64,000 nucleotides of DNA from Escherichia phage EscoHU1: sequence record NC_133119.1. One strand, 5' to 3'. The notes beneath the pieces were generated by a model that did not search any database, was not told the origin of the DNA, and saw only the letters and a list, made by a program, of their open reading frames with translations. Below are positions 29,173-36,980 of the stretch, piece after piece. Position numbers and translations under genes: made by a program. Within the stretch, counting starts at the first letter, position 1. The number at the start of each line of letters is the position of its first letter.

Positions 29173-29373
29173 TTATTCTACAGGAACCGTGGCAATTGGA
29201 TCTGGTTCTTCTAGACGTTTACCATTATGATCAACACGAATAATACCACAACCTTCACAGATTACAACAGCACCATAGCCTTCTTTAACTTCAGCTTCTG
29301 TAATCAGACCAGAAAGATCACCAGTATCTTTGCCCCACATATCGATAGAGCATTCTTTGCAGAAATCAGCCAT
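29173..29373 (-). CDS. small Cys-containing protein
   Basis: 66 aa ORF. Confidence 0.4.
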   Translation of the reverse strand: MADFCKECSIDMWGKDTGDLSGLITEAEVKEGYGAVVICEGCGIIRVDHNGKRLEEPDPIATVPVE

Positions 29374-29397
29374 ATTTTAGTTCCTATATAAGTTAAT

Positions 29398-29472
29398 TGG
29401 TGCATCCTCAGGGAATCGAACCCCGATCGTAAAGTTCGTAGCTTTACATTCTTTCCATTGAAATAAGGACGC
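29398..29472 (-). tRNA. tRNA-Arg (ACG)
   Basis: Anticodon stem TAAAG/CTTTA, loop CTACGAA. Confidence 0.75.
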
Positions 29473-29478
29473 AATATT

Positions 29479-29555
29479 TGGGGTGGCTAGTGGAATTCGA
29501 ATCCACATAGGCCTGATTCACAATCAGGATCATTAACCAATTATGATATAGCCAC
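29479..29555 (-). tRNA. tRNA-His (GUG)
   Basis: GTGGCTATA...TAGCCACCCCA closely matches E. coli tRNA-His ends; loop TTGTGAA. Confidence 0.85.
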
Positions 29556-29588
29556 AATTGAAAACTCGCAGGGTTAGCGAAACCATCC

Positions 29589-29768
29589 TCAAATAGCATT
29601 TTCTAGAATACTAATCAAGTTATCTTCTATTGCACGAAGCTCAAGACGAGTACGAATTTTCAATTGTGGCGGCTCTCCGAAACTCATCACACTAACAACT
29701 AGTTGATTACACCTGTATTCTCGCCCAGGAAATTCTCTAGAAAGGTGCACCGTTACTCTTTGAGCCAT
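29589..29768 (-). CDS. possible small protein (59 aa, below ORF-track cutoff)
   Basis: ATG..TGA frame found by hand; weak RBS. Confidence 0.25.
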   Translation of the reverse strand: MAQRVTVHLSREFPGREYRCNQLVVSVMSFGEPPQLKIRTRLELRAIEDNLISILENAI

Positions 29769-29774
29769 TGAATA

Positions 29775-29905
29775 TCAAGAAGCAGAAGGACTTGAACCTT
29801 CACGAGATAGACCATTTATCTCAGCCTCGTTTTCGGGTATCTTATGAGGAGTGGATGTTCCCCTTACGCCCTTTAGGAAGCCCCGTCTACCGATTCCGGC
29901 ATACT
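29775..29905 (-). other. tRNA-like element (class-II-type D-arm and T-arm but no closable acceptor stem); pseudogene or stable RNA
   Basis: GCCGGAATCGGTAGACGG and GAAGGTTCAAGTCCTTC arms about 85 nt apart. Confidence 0.3.
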
Positions 29906-29913
29906 TCAAGATT

Positions 29914-30003
29914 TGGCAGAAGATAATGGAGTCGAACCATCACCATATCACTACAGCGGGCCGGTTTTCAAGACCGGTTACGTACCACTACGTCCTATCT
30001 TCT
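29914..30003 (-). tRNA. tRNA-Ser (UGA)
   Basis: 90 nt with long variable arm; ACCGGTCTTGAAAACCGG as in E. coli tRNA-Ser; G73. Confidence 0.8.
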
Positions 30004-30358
30004 ATTGTTCGTATATTACAAAGTTTACAGATTCAGAGTAATAACCATTACTAGAACCATGCCATTTAACGGTTACACAGCCTTTAGCTGTGGCAAACTT
30101 ATACCATGTATGGGTTACTGAATCCCAATCTTCTGTAGCGTGTGTGATTACTTCCTCTGCTTCTATGATTGGATAACCTAAAAGGTCATGTAAATCACCA
30201 ATAATATCATCTATATGAACATCTTCACAGCAGTCCTGCTCATGATAAAACTTATAGTTCTTACCATCAGTACAAATGAAGATAAGAGTATCTTGGTCTT
30301 GGCATACACTAGTAAAAATTTTGCCAAGCATTTCATTATAGATTGTCACTTCTGACAT
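30002..30358 (-). CDS. hypothetical acidic protein
   Basis: 118 aa ORF. Confidence 0.45.
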   Translation of the reverse strand: MSEVTIYNEMLGKIFTSVCQDQDTLIFICTDGKNYKFYHEQDCCEDVHIDDIIGDLHDLLGYPIIEAEEVITHATEDWDSVTHTWYKFATAKGCVTVKWHGSSNGYYSESVNFVIYEQ

Positions 30359-30380
30359 ATTAGTTTCCTAGTAAGTTGTT

Positions 30381-30470
30381 TGGCGGAAGAAGAGAGATTC
30401 GAACTCTCAAGCCGTTTTACCAGTCAGCCACTTTCCAAGCGGTTTTCGTCACCTATCGATTTGCTCTTCC
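30381..30470 (-). tRNA. tRNA-Ser (GGA), tentative
   Basis: 90 nt, T-arm GAGAGTTCGAATCTCTC, G73, CCA; loop TTGGAAA; D-arm atypical. Confidence 0.55.
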
Positions 30471-30644
30471 GTAGATCTCAGGATTAAATCATAAACTTCA
30501 TTAGCGGATACTGGAAGTATGAGATTATACATCTTTTGGTCATACCTCTGACCATACTCTATAAACACATACTCTTTAGTTAATGTATTAACAGCTAACC
30601 AGATATCAGTTATAGGAGTTTTCATCATGAGTTAATCCAATGTT

Positions 30645-30725
30645 TGGTAGGGATGGAGGGACTCGAACCCACACCCGAAGACTAGAACCTAAATCTAGCG
30701 CGTCTGCCAATTTCGCCACATCCCC
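30645..30725 (-). tRNA. tRNA-Leu (UAG)
   Basis: Leu-type D-arm GCGAAATTGGCAGACGC; stem CTAGA/TCTAG, loop TTTAGGT. Confidence 0.7.
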
Positions 30726-30732
30726 ATTTTAT

Positions 30733-30951
30733 TTAGTTAGAAATAAATAGTAACCCTGCAACAATGGAACCTATGCCACTGAATACCATTATCAGCATAG
30801 CTTCTAAGCTGATAAAGCGGACGTTATATGGAGCGCCCCAAGAATAATCAGTAAAGAAAGTTTTCTTTTCTTTAGCTAAATCTTTAATAGTTCTAAAATA
30901 GATAGCTAGTGCTAAAGCTGCAAGAACTACAGAGGCTGCTAAGAATACCAT
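30733..30951 (-). CDS. small membrane protein
   Basis: 72 aa, two TM segments. Confidence 0.4.
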   Translation of the reverse strand: MVFLAASVVLAALALAIYFRTIKDLAKEKKTFFTDYSWGAPYNVRFISLEAMLIMVFSGIGSIVAGLLFISN

Positions 30952-30969
30952 ATTATTTCCTTAATTTGT

Positions 30970-31045
30970 TTGGTGGAGTCACTCAGAATTGAACTGAGTT
31001 CCACTGCTTGCAAGGCAGTAAGTTTAACCAAATAACCTATGACCC
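30970..31045 (-). tRNA. tRNA-Ala (UGC)
   Basis: G3:U70 pair, loop CTTGCAA, 3' end GACTCCACCA. Confidence 0.8.
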
Positions 31046-31050
31046 CGAAT

Positions 31051-31129
31051 TTGGTGGAGAATAAGAGATTCGAACTCTTCTGATATCCTCGGTGCAAGCG
31101 AGGTGTCCACTCCAAGCAGACCCATTCCC
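31051..31129 (-). tRNA. second tRNA with anticodon UGC (Ala-like, enlarged D-loop)
   Basis: 79 nt; G3:U70; loop CTTGCAC. Confidence 0.55.
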
Positions 31130-31392
31130 CAAAATCTTTAAGTTTACTAAGGCTATTAGCTCGGTGTGCGTATTACCCTCAGACATTAGCCAGTAGAGGA
31201 TAACCGCTCTTCACAAACCCGATACACTATTCAGTTGCCGCTGAATCTAGTGGACTAATCTAGAACTTATTGCAAAGTATCCCCCGCCATTAGGGGTCTA
31301 ATTGCAATTGTGCTTTTTGGCAGCCAGTCCTAGGTCGAGCTAATACCTTAGTGAACTTTGATGAGGATTTCTCCTCATCAATTTATATAAAT

Positions 31393-31421
31393 ATTATAAC
31401 AAGAAATTAAGCATCAAGCAA
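31393..31421 (-). promoter_or_regulatory. early sigma70 promoter (-35 TTGCTT, -10 TATAAT)
   Basis: 17-bp spacer. Confidence 0.7.
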
Positions 31422-31773
31422 GTACATTTTTAGCGATTTCTTGTAGTTCCTTAACGTCGCTAACGAAAAGGTAATCAGAGCTTCCAGAGTGCATACTCTG
31501 CATAACCACACCATCCTCTGGTGCATCTTCCTTCAAAGTAAGTCCTAACCAGAACTTGGCAAAACTAGGTGTTACCTCACCTTGACTTGCCTTGAACACA
31601 TCGCCTTCTGTGATCTCTTGACCAGTAGAGAGTCCCATGTACGGTACGTTCAGATCAATATCTTTGTAGAATTCAGCTAGATCTTGTTCGAAGTCCCAAC
31701 CTTTAGAGATAGCGAACTCCATTGTTACATGACCGAAATAGCCTTGAACCTTGCTTGATAATTGCATTTGCAA
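31414..31773 (-). CDS. hypothetical protein
   Basis: 119 aa ORF. Confidence 0.45.
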   Translation of the reverse strand: MQMQLSSKVQGYFGHVTMEFAISKGWDFEQDLAEFYKDIDLNVPYMGLSTGQEITEGDVFKASQGEVTPSFAKFWLGLTLKEDAPEDGVVMQSMHSGSSDYLFVSDVKELQEIAKNVLA

Positions 31774-31792
31774 TTCCTTATTTTGAGTTAAT

Positions 31793-31866
31793 TGGTACTC
31801 GGTGATAGAATCGAACTATCGCAACCGCCGTGTAAAGACGGGGTTCTCCCATTAAACTAACCGAGC
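31793..31866 (-). tRNA. tRNA-Val (UAC)
   Basis: Stem CCGTC/GGCGG, loop TTTACAC, CCA encoded. Confidence 0.7.
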
Positions 31867-31999
31867 AAAAGACGTCCTATAATATAGGCTTCAACTACAA
31901 ATTCACAGAAACCTGCTAAAAACATACCTATTGTAAAATCGGCAGAGAATACATAGGAATCTTTTATTTTCTGCTTCATTAAGTAAAACCAGATAGTCA

Positions 32000-32317
32000 T
32001 TAAAATCTCTCCATTCTAAAGCCAATGAAGTAAGGTGCATTACATGGAACATGCTTAAGATCTTTAAGAGTAATTTTACGTCCTAAGCGTCGTTCCATAC
32101 AAGTGAAACATAGAACAATATCTTTGGGCTGCTCTTTTCTTATCTGATCCCATACCCAATCTTCAACCATACACATTTCATGGTATTGTTCACAGTCTCG
32201 ACAATAATGACACTGATGTTCTGGTACTTTTTGATTTTTAATACACAGTTCAGTAAAGCGTTTTCCTGCTCTGCCAGACATTTCTGATATTGTTTCTAGA
32301 ACTTTGTTAATATTCAT
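32000..32317 (-). CDS. Cys-rich zinc-finger-like protein
   Basis: 105 aa; CHYCRDC and CFTC motifs. Confidence 0.45.
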   Translation of the reverse strand: MNINKVLETISEMSGRAGKRFTELCIKNQKVPEHQCHYCRDCEQYHEMCMVEDWVWDQIRKEQPKDIVLCFTCMERRLGRKITLKDLKHVPCNAPYFIGFRMERF

Positions 32318-32334
32318 AACAAATTCCTTTAAAT

Positions 32335-32412
32335 TGGTTGACCGTCTGGGATTCGAACCCAGAACCTACGAGGTAAAAGCTCGGTACTCTTATCCAGTTG
32401 AGTTAACGGTCA
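32335..32412 (-). tRNA. tRNA-Lys (UUU)
   Basis: Loop CTTTTAC; T-arm CTGGGTTCGAATCCCAG. Confidence 0.7.
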
Positions 32413-32600
32413 ATTTAATACATGTATACTTCTTTAATAGAGTAGACTTTCAAGTAAGGATGATTAATACCAAATTCCGCCATCACTTCGTTTTCATCTT
32501 TACCGTAGTGCGCTAGTGGATACTTCTTACGATCTTTGCTAGAACGTAAATCACTTACCTTTAAACGAAATAATTTCATTTCGAAATCCTTCTATTAAAT

Positions 32601-32678
32601 TGGAAGCGGGTGCAGGAATCGAACCTACCTCTTTCTAGCTTATGAGACTAGCGATCTCTACCAGAGATCTAACCCGCA
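32601..32678 (-). tRNA. tRNA, anticodon CAU (Met/fMet/Ile2), 1:72 mismatch
   Basis: Loop CTCATAA; acceptor position 1 unpaired. Confidence 0.6.
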
Positions 32679-32684
32679 ATTATT

Positions 32685-32761
32685 TGGTCTCCAATGAAGG
32701 ACTCGAACCTTCAACCCCACCGCCCCAAACGGTGTACTCTAGCCAATTGAGCTAATCGGAG
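32685..32761 (-). tRNA. tRNA-Pro (UGG)
   Basis: C1:G72, stem CACCG/CGGTG, loop TTTGGGG. Confidence 0.8.
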
Positions 32762-32793
32762 AATATTCTTTGTTAACTCACTTTATAAAATAT

Positions 32794-32822
32794 ATTATAC
32801 AGACATTTAAGTATAATAGCAA
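32794..32822 (-). promoter_or_regulatory. early sigma70 promoter (-35 TTGCTA, -10 TATAAT) preceding tRNA-Pro
   Basis: 17-bp spacer. Confidence 0.7.
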
Positions 32823-32978
32823 ATGAGTTTTTAATAAATTTACTTATTGCGTAGGCCACCTGGAGGGTTCAAGCCCCACGGCTGACAAAGAAGTTTGCGA
32901 GACTTCTCTTAAATGCCAGAATAGACCCGCCGATCTATCGGAACCTACTCGATAAGTAAACTTTCATTTACTTACTTA

Positions 32979-33365
32979 TTATGTGCTGTGTATTTCTCGA
33001 TGACAATTCGCACACACTAAAATACATTTCTGTAATTCTTCTCTCAGCTTATCCCTGGAAATACCAGAGGATCTGAATTGACTAATATTATAGTCTTTTG
33101 AGTTTTCATCAATATGATGAAAATCCAGAGCTTGTTTGCATTTATTATACCCACAAATAGAACATTCTAATATAGGGAAGTATTCTGCAATAATAGAATC
33201 AACAGTTTCACGTCTTTTTGCATTTTCGCTAATCTTACATGTTGGCTTCCACTTTTGTTTACCCGAGGGATATATTCCATTAGTATAGAAATATTCCTTG
33301 GTTAGTGGGTGTTCCACACCACAGTTTTTACAAAACTTGTATTCCATAGCTCCTCGAACAGTCAA
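32979..33365 (-). CDS. HNH homing endonuclease
   Basis: 128 aa; DFHHIDENSKDYN...CANCHREIH. Confidence 0.7.
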   Translation of the reverse strand: MTVRGAMEYKFCKNCGVEHPLTKEYFYTNGIYPSGKQKWKPTCKISENAKRRETVDSIIAEYFPILECSICGYNKCKQALDFHHIDENSKDYNISQFRSSGISRDKLREELQKCILVCANCHREIHST

Positions 33366-33483
33366 TCTAGGCAGGACTTGAACCTGCTATCACTTGTGCG
33401 GATTTACGAGAACCATTCTTTCACTCGAATCGAACGAGCTTCTACCCTCGGCAAGCTGGTGCCCCCTCTCCACCACGCTAGAA
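33366..33483 (-). other. tRNA-like element with two T-arm-like hairpins, no canonical cloverleaf
   Basis: GCAGGTTCAAGTCCTGC and GCTCGTTCGATTCGAGT on minus strand. Confidence 0.25.
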
Positions 33484-33491
33484 TGTTTATT

Positions 33492-33567
33492 TGGTACACC
33501 CACTAGGACTTGAACCTAGAACCCTCCGCTTAAGAGGCGGTAGCTCTAACCATTGAGCTATGGATGT
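33492..33567 (-). tRNA. tRNA-Lys (CUU), tentative
   Basis: D-stem GCTC/GAGC, loop CTCTTAA, A73. Confidence 0.55.
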
Positions 33568-33678
33568 ATATTAGTCCATTGTACATCTACAAAAGAAACC
33601 CCATTTACCGCAGTGTGGACACTGTCCTCCAGAGTTTCTAGCAAAGGATTTGAACTTCATTCAACACTCCTTTAAAGT

Positions 33679-33755
33679 TGGCGCGACCGATGGGATTCGA
33701 ACCCACATTCTCTCCCGTGACAGGGGAGTACCATTACCAAGCCAGCCCCGATCGC
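33679..33755 (-). tRNA. tRNA-Asp (GUC)
   Basis: Stem CTCCC/GGGAG, loop CTGTCAC, G73. Confidence 0.8.
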
Positions 33756-33764
33756 ATAATTTGT

Positions 33765-33950
33765 TTACTCAGCTTTGAGTTTTTCGATAGCTTCCTTAAC
33801 CTCTTTTAGAGCTTCACGACGTGCATTCTGTTGCTGCATATCTTGTATTAACGTCAGTTTTTGGTTTTCAATTTCTTGATCCCAGACCTTAATATTATTA
33901 ATTAGATTATCACGATCAGCTTCTAGTCGAGCAATTGCACGAGTTGTCAT
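33765..33950 (-). CDS. small coiled-coil protein
   Basis: 61 aa ORF. Confidence 0.4.
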   Translation of the reverse strand: MTTRAIARLEADRDNLINNIKVWDQEIENQKLTLIQDMQQQNARREALKEVKEAIEKLKAE

Positions 33951-33977
33951 ATCTATTTCCTCAGTTGTTAATGAAAT

Positions 33978-34060
33978 TGGCGGGCCGTGTAGGATTCGAA
34001 CCTACGTTGTCTTTCGACATGGATTAACAGTCCACCGCCAAACCGCTTGGCTAACGACCC
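33978..34060 (-). tRNA. tRNA-Asn (GUU) with 13-nt variable arm
   Basis: Anticodon arm TGGACTGTTAATCCA as E. coli tRNA-Asn; G73; 83 nt. Confidence 0.65.
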
Positions 34061-34067
34061 TAAAATT

Positions 34068-34143
34068 TGGACGACCGCATGAGATTCGAACTCACATAAG
34101 GAGGTTTTGCAGGCCTCCGCCTAAGCCATTCAGCCAACGGTCG
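34068..34143 (-). tRNA. tRNA-Cys (GCA)
   Basis: Loop CTGCAAA, U73, 3' end GTCGTCCA. Confidence 0.7.
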
Positions 34144-34321
34144 ATTTATCTTGTTTTTCGAGATCAACGAACTCTAAATCGTTGAAGTCTCCTAGAGTAC
34201 GGGAGTAATAACCGTCTCCAGCATCATAGCCTGATTTACCACACTTACACATCTTAAACTCACGTAGACGTGTAAAGATATGTTCAGAGCCACAACACTT
34301 AAATTTAACTAACTTTTTCAT
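34130..34321 (-). CDS. small zinc-ribbon-like protein
   Basis: 63 aa; CxGS...CKC; 3' end overlaps tRNA-Cys by about 14 nt. Confidence 0.35.
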   Translation of the reverse strand: MKKLVKFKCCGSEHIFTRLREFKMCKCGKSGYDAGDGYYSRTLGDFNDLEFVDLEKQDKSTVG

Positions 34322-34560
34322 CCAACACGCTCCGGTAAATCTTCGAGTTTATATTGAGTAGCCACATTAGCAGCATCTAGTAACAAACCCATATGTTTAA
34401 GAATTCTAGTGATAGCCTCGCCTTCTGCTTCTTCTACAAAGCAACGTAGTTGCATGAAGTCAATACCACCATCCATACCAGAGAAAATGTTAAGTAAGCG
34501 AAGCATTACCAGCTTACGTTCTTTTAATTCTTGTTCTGTCATGTTGCTTCTCCAGTTCAA
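34318..34560 (-). CDS. hypothetical protein
   Basis: 80 aa ORF. Confidence 0.4.
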   Translation of the reverse strand: MNWRSNMTEQELKERKLVMLRLLNIFSGMDGGIDFMQLRCFVEEAEGEAITRILKHMGLLLDAANVATQYKLEDLPERVG

Positions 34561-34571
34561 TTTATGTAATA

Positions 34572-34600
34572 ATTATACAGAACTTTAAGCGGTTAAGCAA
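34572..34600 (-). promoter_or_regulatory. early sigma70 promoter (-35 TTGCTT, -10 TATAAT)
   Basis: 17-bp spacer. Confidence 0.7.
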
Positions 34601-34880
34601 CTACATTTTTCAGAAATATGATGCCTTTCTTTTTCTTCTTATATTTCCATGTTAATGGATTCTGTCGATTATGAACGCTTGAGATCTTTGTCTCGTCAAA
34701 GTTCTTCAGTACCATGTAATCACAGGCCAACTGTTCCAGTGGGATGTGATCTCCGTCAAAAGCATAAACATAAGGCTGTTGACTGGCACGATAATGATAT
34801 ACTTTGTTAATTCTGCGTTTCAGTGACTTATCCGCACAGTAAATAAAGAAGTTTTCAGGATGCATCAGCATCTCCTTCAA
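34593..34880 (-). CDS. hypothetical protein
   Basis: 95 aa ORF. Confidence 0.4.
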   Translation of the reverse strand: MKEMLMHPENFFIYCADKSLKRRINKVYHYRASQQPYVYAFDGDHIPLEQLACDYMVLKNFDETKISSVHNRQNPLTWKYKKKKKGIIFLKNVVA

Positions 34881-34882
34881 AT

Positions 34883-34957
34883 TGGTGCACCCCGTTGGTA
34901 ACGATCCAACCTCTCAAGCTCTTCAGGCAAGCGCTAATCCATCTCAGCTAAAGGTGC
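34883..34957 (-). tRNA. tRNA-Phe-like (GAA), two U-U mismatches in anticodon stem, non-canonical T-loop
   Basis: Acceptor GCACCTT/GGGGTGC + ACCA; loop CTGAAGA; T-loop ATCGTTA. Confidence 0.5.
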
Positions 34958-34963
34958 AAATAT

Positions 34964-35043
34964 TGGCAAACCTACTAGGACTCGAACCTAGACCGTACGG
35001 TTTTGGAGACCGACATGCTGTCCAGTAACACTCTAGGGATGCA
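34964..35043 (-). tRNA. tRNA-Trp-like (CCA), 5' acceptor strand does not pair
   Basis: TCGGTCTCCAAAACCGT arm, T-arm, G73-CCA like E. coli tRNA-Trp; 5' half aberrant. Confidence 0.4.
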
Positions 35044-35048
35044 GAAAT

Positions 35049-35125
35049 TGGCGTCCTGTGCGGGGATCGAACCCGCAAATCCTACCTTGAAAGGGTAGTG
35101 ACTTTACCAGTTTGTCTAACAGGAC
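35049..35125 (-). tRNA. tRNA-Glu (UUC)
   Basis: GTCCTGT...ACAGGACGCCA ends, loop CTTTCAA. Confidence 0.8.
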
Positions 35126-35132
35126 TTAAATT

Positions 35133-35223
35133 TGGTGTTGGATGATGGAGTCGAACCACCCGAGACCCTTCCGAGTCGGCAGATTTACAGTCTGCTTCGC
35201 TACCTCTACGATACTAATCCAAC
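35133..35223 (-). tRNA. tRNA-Tyr (GUA)
   Basis: 91 nt; anticodon arm GCAGACTGTAAATCTGC identical to E. coli tRNA-Tyr. Confidence 0.85.
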
Positions 35224-35348
35224 ATATTTGAATGAAAAGTAAGTCGGTTAAACTCAAGGTGGAATATTTCAGGAAATCCTGACTTTACCCCTAAAAGCAA
35301 CTCGCTTAGTTACTTCTCATTCAGATATGTTTTCCAAATTAGATAACT

Positions 35349-35377
35349 ATTATACCAAGTTTTGAAGGACTGAGCAA
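35349..35377 (-). promoter_or_regulatory. early sigma70 promoter (-35 TTGCTC, -10 TATAAT) preceding tRNA-Tyr
   Basis: 17-bp spacer. Confidence 0.6.
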
Positions 35378-35413
35378 GTCAAATTTTAAAGAACTTGCTC
35401 AGTGCTATATCAG

Positions 35414-35689
35414 TTACTCGAAGCTAGGAGTGACACTCAGTTTGAATGGAAGCTCGAACACTTCTTCATAATCATCATTGAGCGTAATTACACGACCTTC
35501 TAGCTTAGTCATGGTGATTTCGATATCAGCCCTTGCATCAGGAGCCATACCAGCTTCCACACATTTAGCTTTGACTTCCGGCAGAAGTTCTACATCGTAG
35601 AAATAAAGCCATTCAATCTCACCCTCCCAGCCACCCCAGGATTTACAAACAGCACTTTCAACACCAGTTGCAGTAACACGTTTTGACAT
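35414..35689 (-). CDS. hypothetical acidic protein
   Basis: 91 aa ORF. Confidence 0.45.
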   Translation of the reverse strand: MSKRVTATGVESAVCKSWGGWEGEIEWLYFYDVELLPEVKAKCVEAGMAPDARADIEITMTKLEGRVITLNDDYEEVFELPFKLSVTPSFE

Positions 35690-35719
35690 TCGTTAACCCC
35701 TTCATCAATTTATATAACT

Positions 35720-35749
35720 ATTATATCAGAAATCTTAAGTAAAAAGCAA
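35720..35749 (-). promoter_or_regulatory. early sigma70 promoter (-35 TTGCTT, 18 bp, -10 TATAAT)
   Basis: Hexamers read on minus strand. Confidence 0.65.
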
Positions 35750-35779
35750 GTACATTTTTAAAATTTCTGCTTGGAGGAG

Positions 35780-36052
35780 TTAAACTCCTGATTCTTCAGC
35801 CAGATCAAGCCCAACCAACGTGATTGCCATAATAGCTGCGCCATGTTCTTTCTCTCCTAGCTCTTTGGCTTGAGTGAGAATATTGAGGAATTGCTTTTGA
35901 AAATCTGCAACTTCTTCTGTCATGCCTGCTTCAGCAATAATTCCTTTCAGCATAAAGCGTTGTGCTGTAATTTCAGGATTAGCCATTTGTTTTCTCCAGT
36001 TATTTAGAATGTAAGCCAAACTTAGGATCATAGCGATCGTAAGTCGTACCAT
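35780..36052 (-). CDS. hypothetical protein
   Basis: 90 aa ORF. Confidence 0.45.
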   Translation of the reverse strand: MVRLTIAMILSLAYILNNWRKQMANPEITAQRFMLKGIIAEAGMTEEVADFQKQFLNILTQAKELGEKEHGAAIMAITLVGLDLAEESGV

Positions 36053-36137
36053 TAGTTGAAGCCTTGATGCTATGAAAACGACAGTACATAAATTTACGTA
36101 GTGCTTTCTTAATAGCTTTCATTTTATTTCCTTAATT

Positions 36138-36214
36138 TGGTAGGGGTGGTGGGATTCGAACCCACAAAACCCGAATTTTAAGTCCGGTACCTATGCCAAT
36201 TCGATTACACCCCC
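36138..36214 (-). tRNA. tRNA with anticodon UAA (Leu by anticodon) in class-I frame
   Basis: 77 nt; stem CCGGA/TTCGG, loop CTTAAAA, 5-nt variable loop. Confidence 0.6.
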
Positions 36215-36223
36215 ATGTAATCT

Positions 36224-36571
36224 TTAGAGTTCGTAACCCTGAATATATCGAGCAAAACCAGTAATCTCGAACTGAATTGCCCATGCTACTTCCATATGCT
36301 CAATCTTACTAAAATGAGCGTCAGACTGTTCTAGGAAATAACGAGAGATTATAGGGAACTCAATGTCAAAATCTTCCTTATCCATACCATAGAAGAAGTT
36401 TCCAGAAATATTACGAACTTCACGAAAGAAATCCTCAATCTGAAAATCCATCAGAGGATAAGTATATTCCTCTTTGCTATCATCCGTTTGGAAGAAGCGG
36501 AAATGCACAAGGCAAGAGCCAATCAGATTTACTGCTGGAGTAGTGTAAATATCCATGTTAACCTCGATCAA
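36224..36571 (-). CDS. hypothetical acidic protein
   Basis: 115 aa ORF. Confidence 0.45.
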   Translation of the reverse strand: MIEVNMDIYTTPAVNLIGSCLVHFRFFQTDDSKEEYTYPLMDFQIEDFFREVRNISGNFFYGMDKEDFDIEFPIISRYFLEQSDAHFSKIEHMEVAWAIQFEITGFARYIQGYEL

Positions 36572-36743
36572 TATCTAGAGAAATTCCAAATTCTGGATTA
36601 ATACCAGAACCATTACATGCTGCACATTCCCACTCTTCAAAACGCATATCGCCAGGTTCAGCATCATTAATAGTACCTGTTCCATGGCAGTGAGCACACA
36701 TGCACTCTTCTAGTTCTTGTTTAAGCTCTTGAAACTTAGACAT
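36558..36743 (-). CDS. small Cys-rich protein
   Basis: 61 aa; CAHCHGTG...CAACNGSG. Confidence 0.4.
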   Translation of the reverse strand: MSKFQELKQELEECMCAHCHGTGTINDAEPGDMRFEEWECAACNGSGINPEFGISLDIDRG

Positions 36744-36760
36744 ATAGTCTCCTAGTTAAT

Positions 36761-36838
36761 TGGTGGCTCCCGGAGGATTCGAACCTACCTACCTTTCGCT
36801 TATGAGGCGACGGCTCATACCAAATGAGCTTGAGAACC
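36761..36838 (-). tRNA. tRNA, anticodon CAU (third CAU species)
   Basis: Acceptor GGTTCTC/GGGAGCC, loop CTCATAA, CCA encoded. Confidence 0.65.
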
Positions 36839-36843
36839 AAATT

Positions 36844-36915
36844 TGGAGGAAGATGCCAGACTCGAACTGGCACACCGTGTCTCCACAGCTACTGGCTGTT
36901 TAGCAAACAGCTCCC
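36844..36915 (-). other. tRNA-like element (T-arm, acceptor, CCA) with truncated anticodon region
   Basis: GCCAGTTCGAGTCTGGC + ATCTTCC-T-CCA; only about 16 nt between D-arm and T-arm. Confidence 0.3.
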
Positions 36916-36951
36916 TTACCTTTAGGGTTAATCTTCCAAATTTATGAATAT

Positions 36952-36980
36952 ATTATATTAGAAATTTAGCTTCATGGCAA
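36952..36980 (-). promoter_or_regulatory. early sigma70 promoter (-35 TTGCCA, -10 TATAAT)
   Basis: 17-bp spacer; overlaps stop of upstream gene. Confidence 0.6.

Noticed and set aside
28905-29243. 112-aa plus-strand ORF
   Set aside because: Spans three tRNA genes on the opposite strand.
32304-32516. 70-aa plus-strand ORF
   Set aside because: Overlaps tRNA-Lys(UUU) on the opposite strand.
32850-32950. Plus-strand T-loop-like motif GGGTTCAAGCCCC flanked by GTAGG/CCTAC inverted repeat
   Set aside because: No acceptor or anticodon arms could be folded on either strand; too weak to call a feature.
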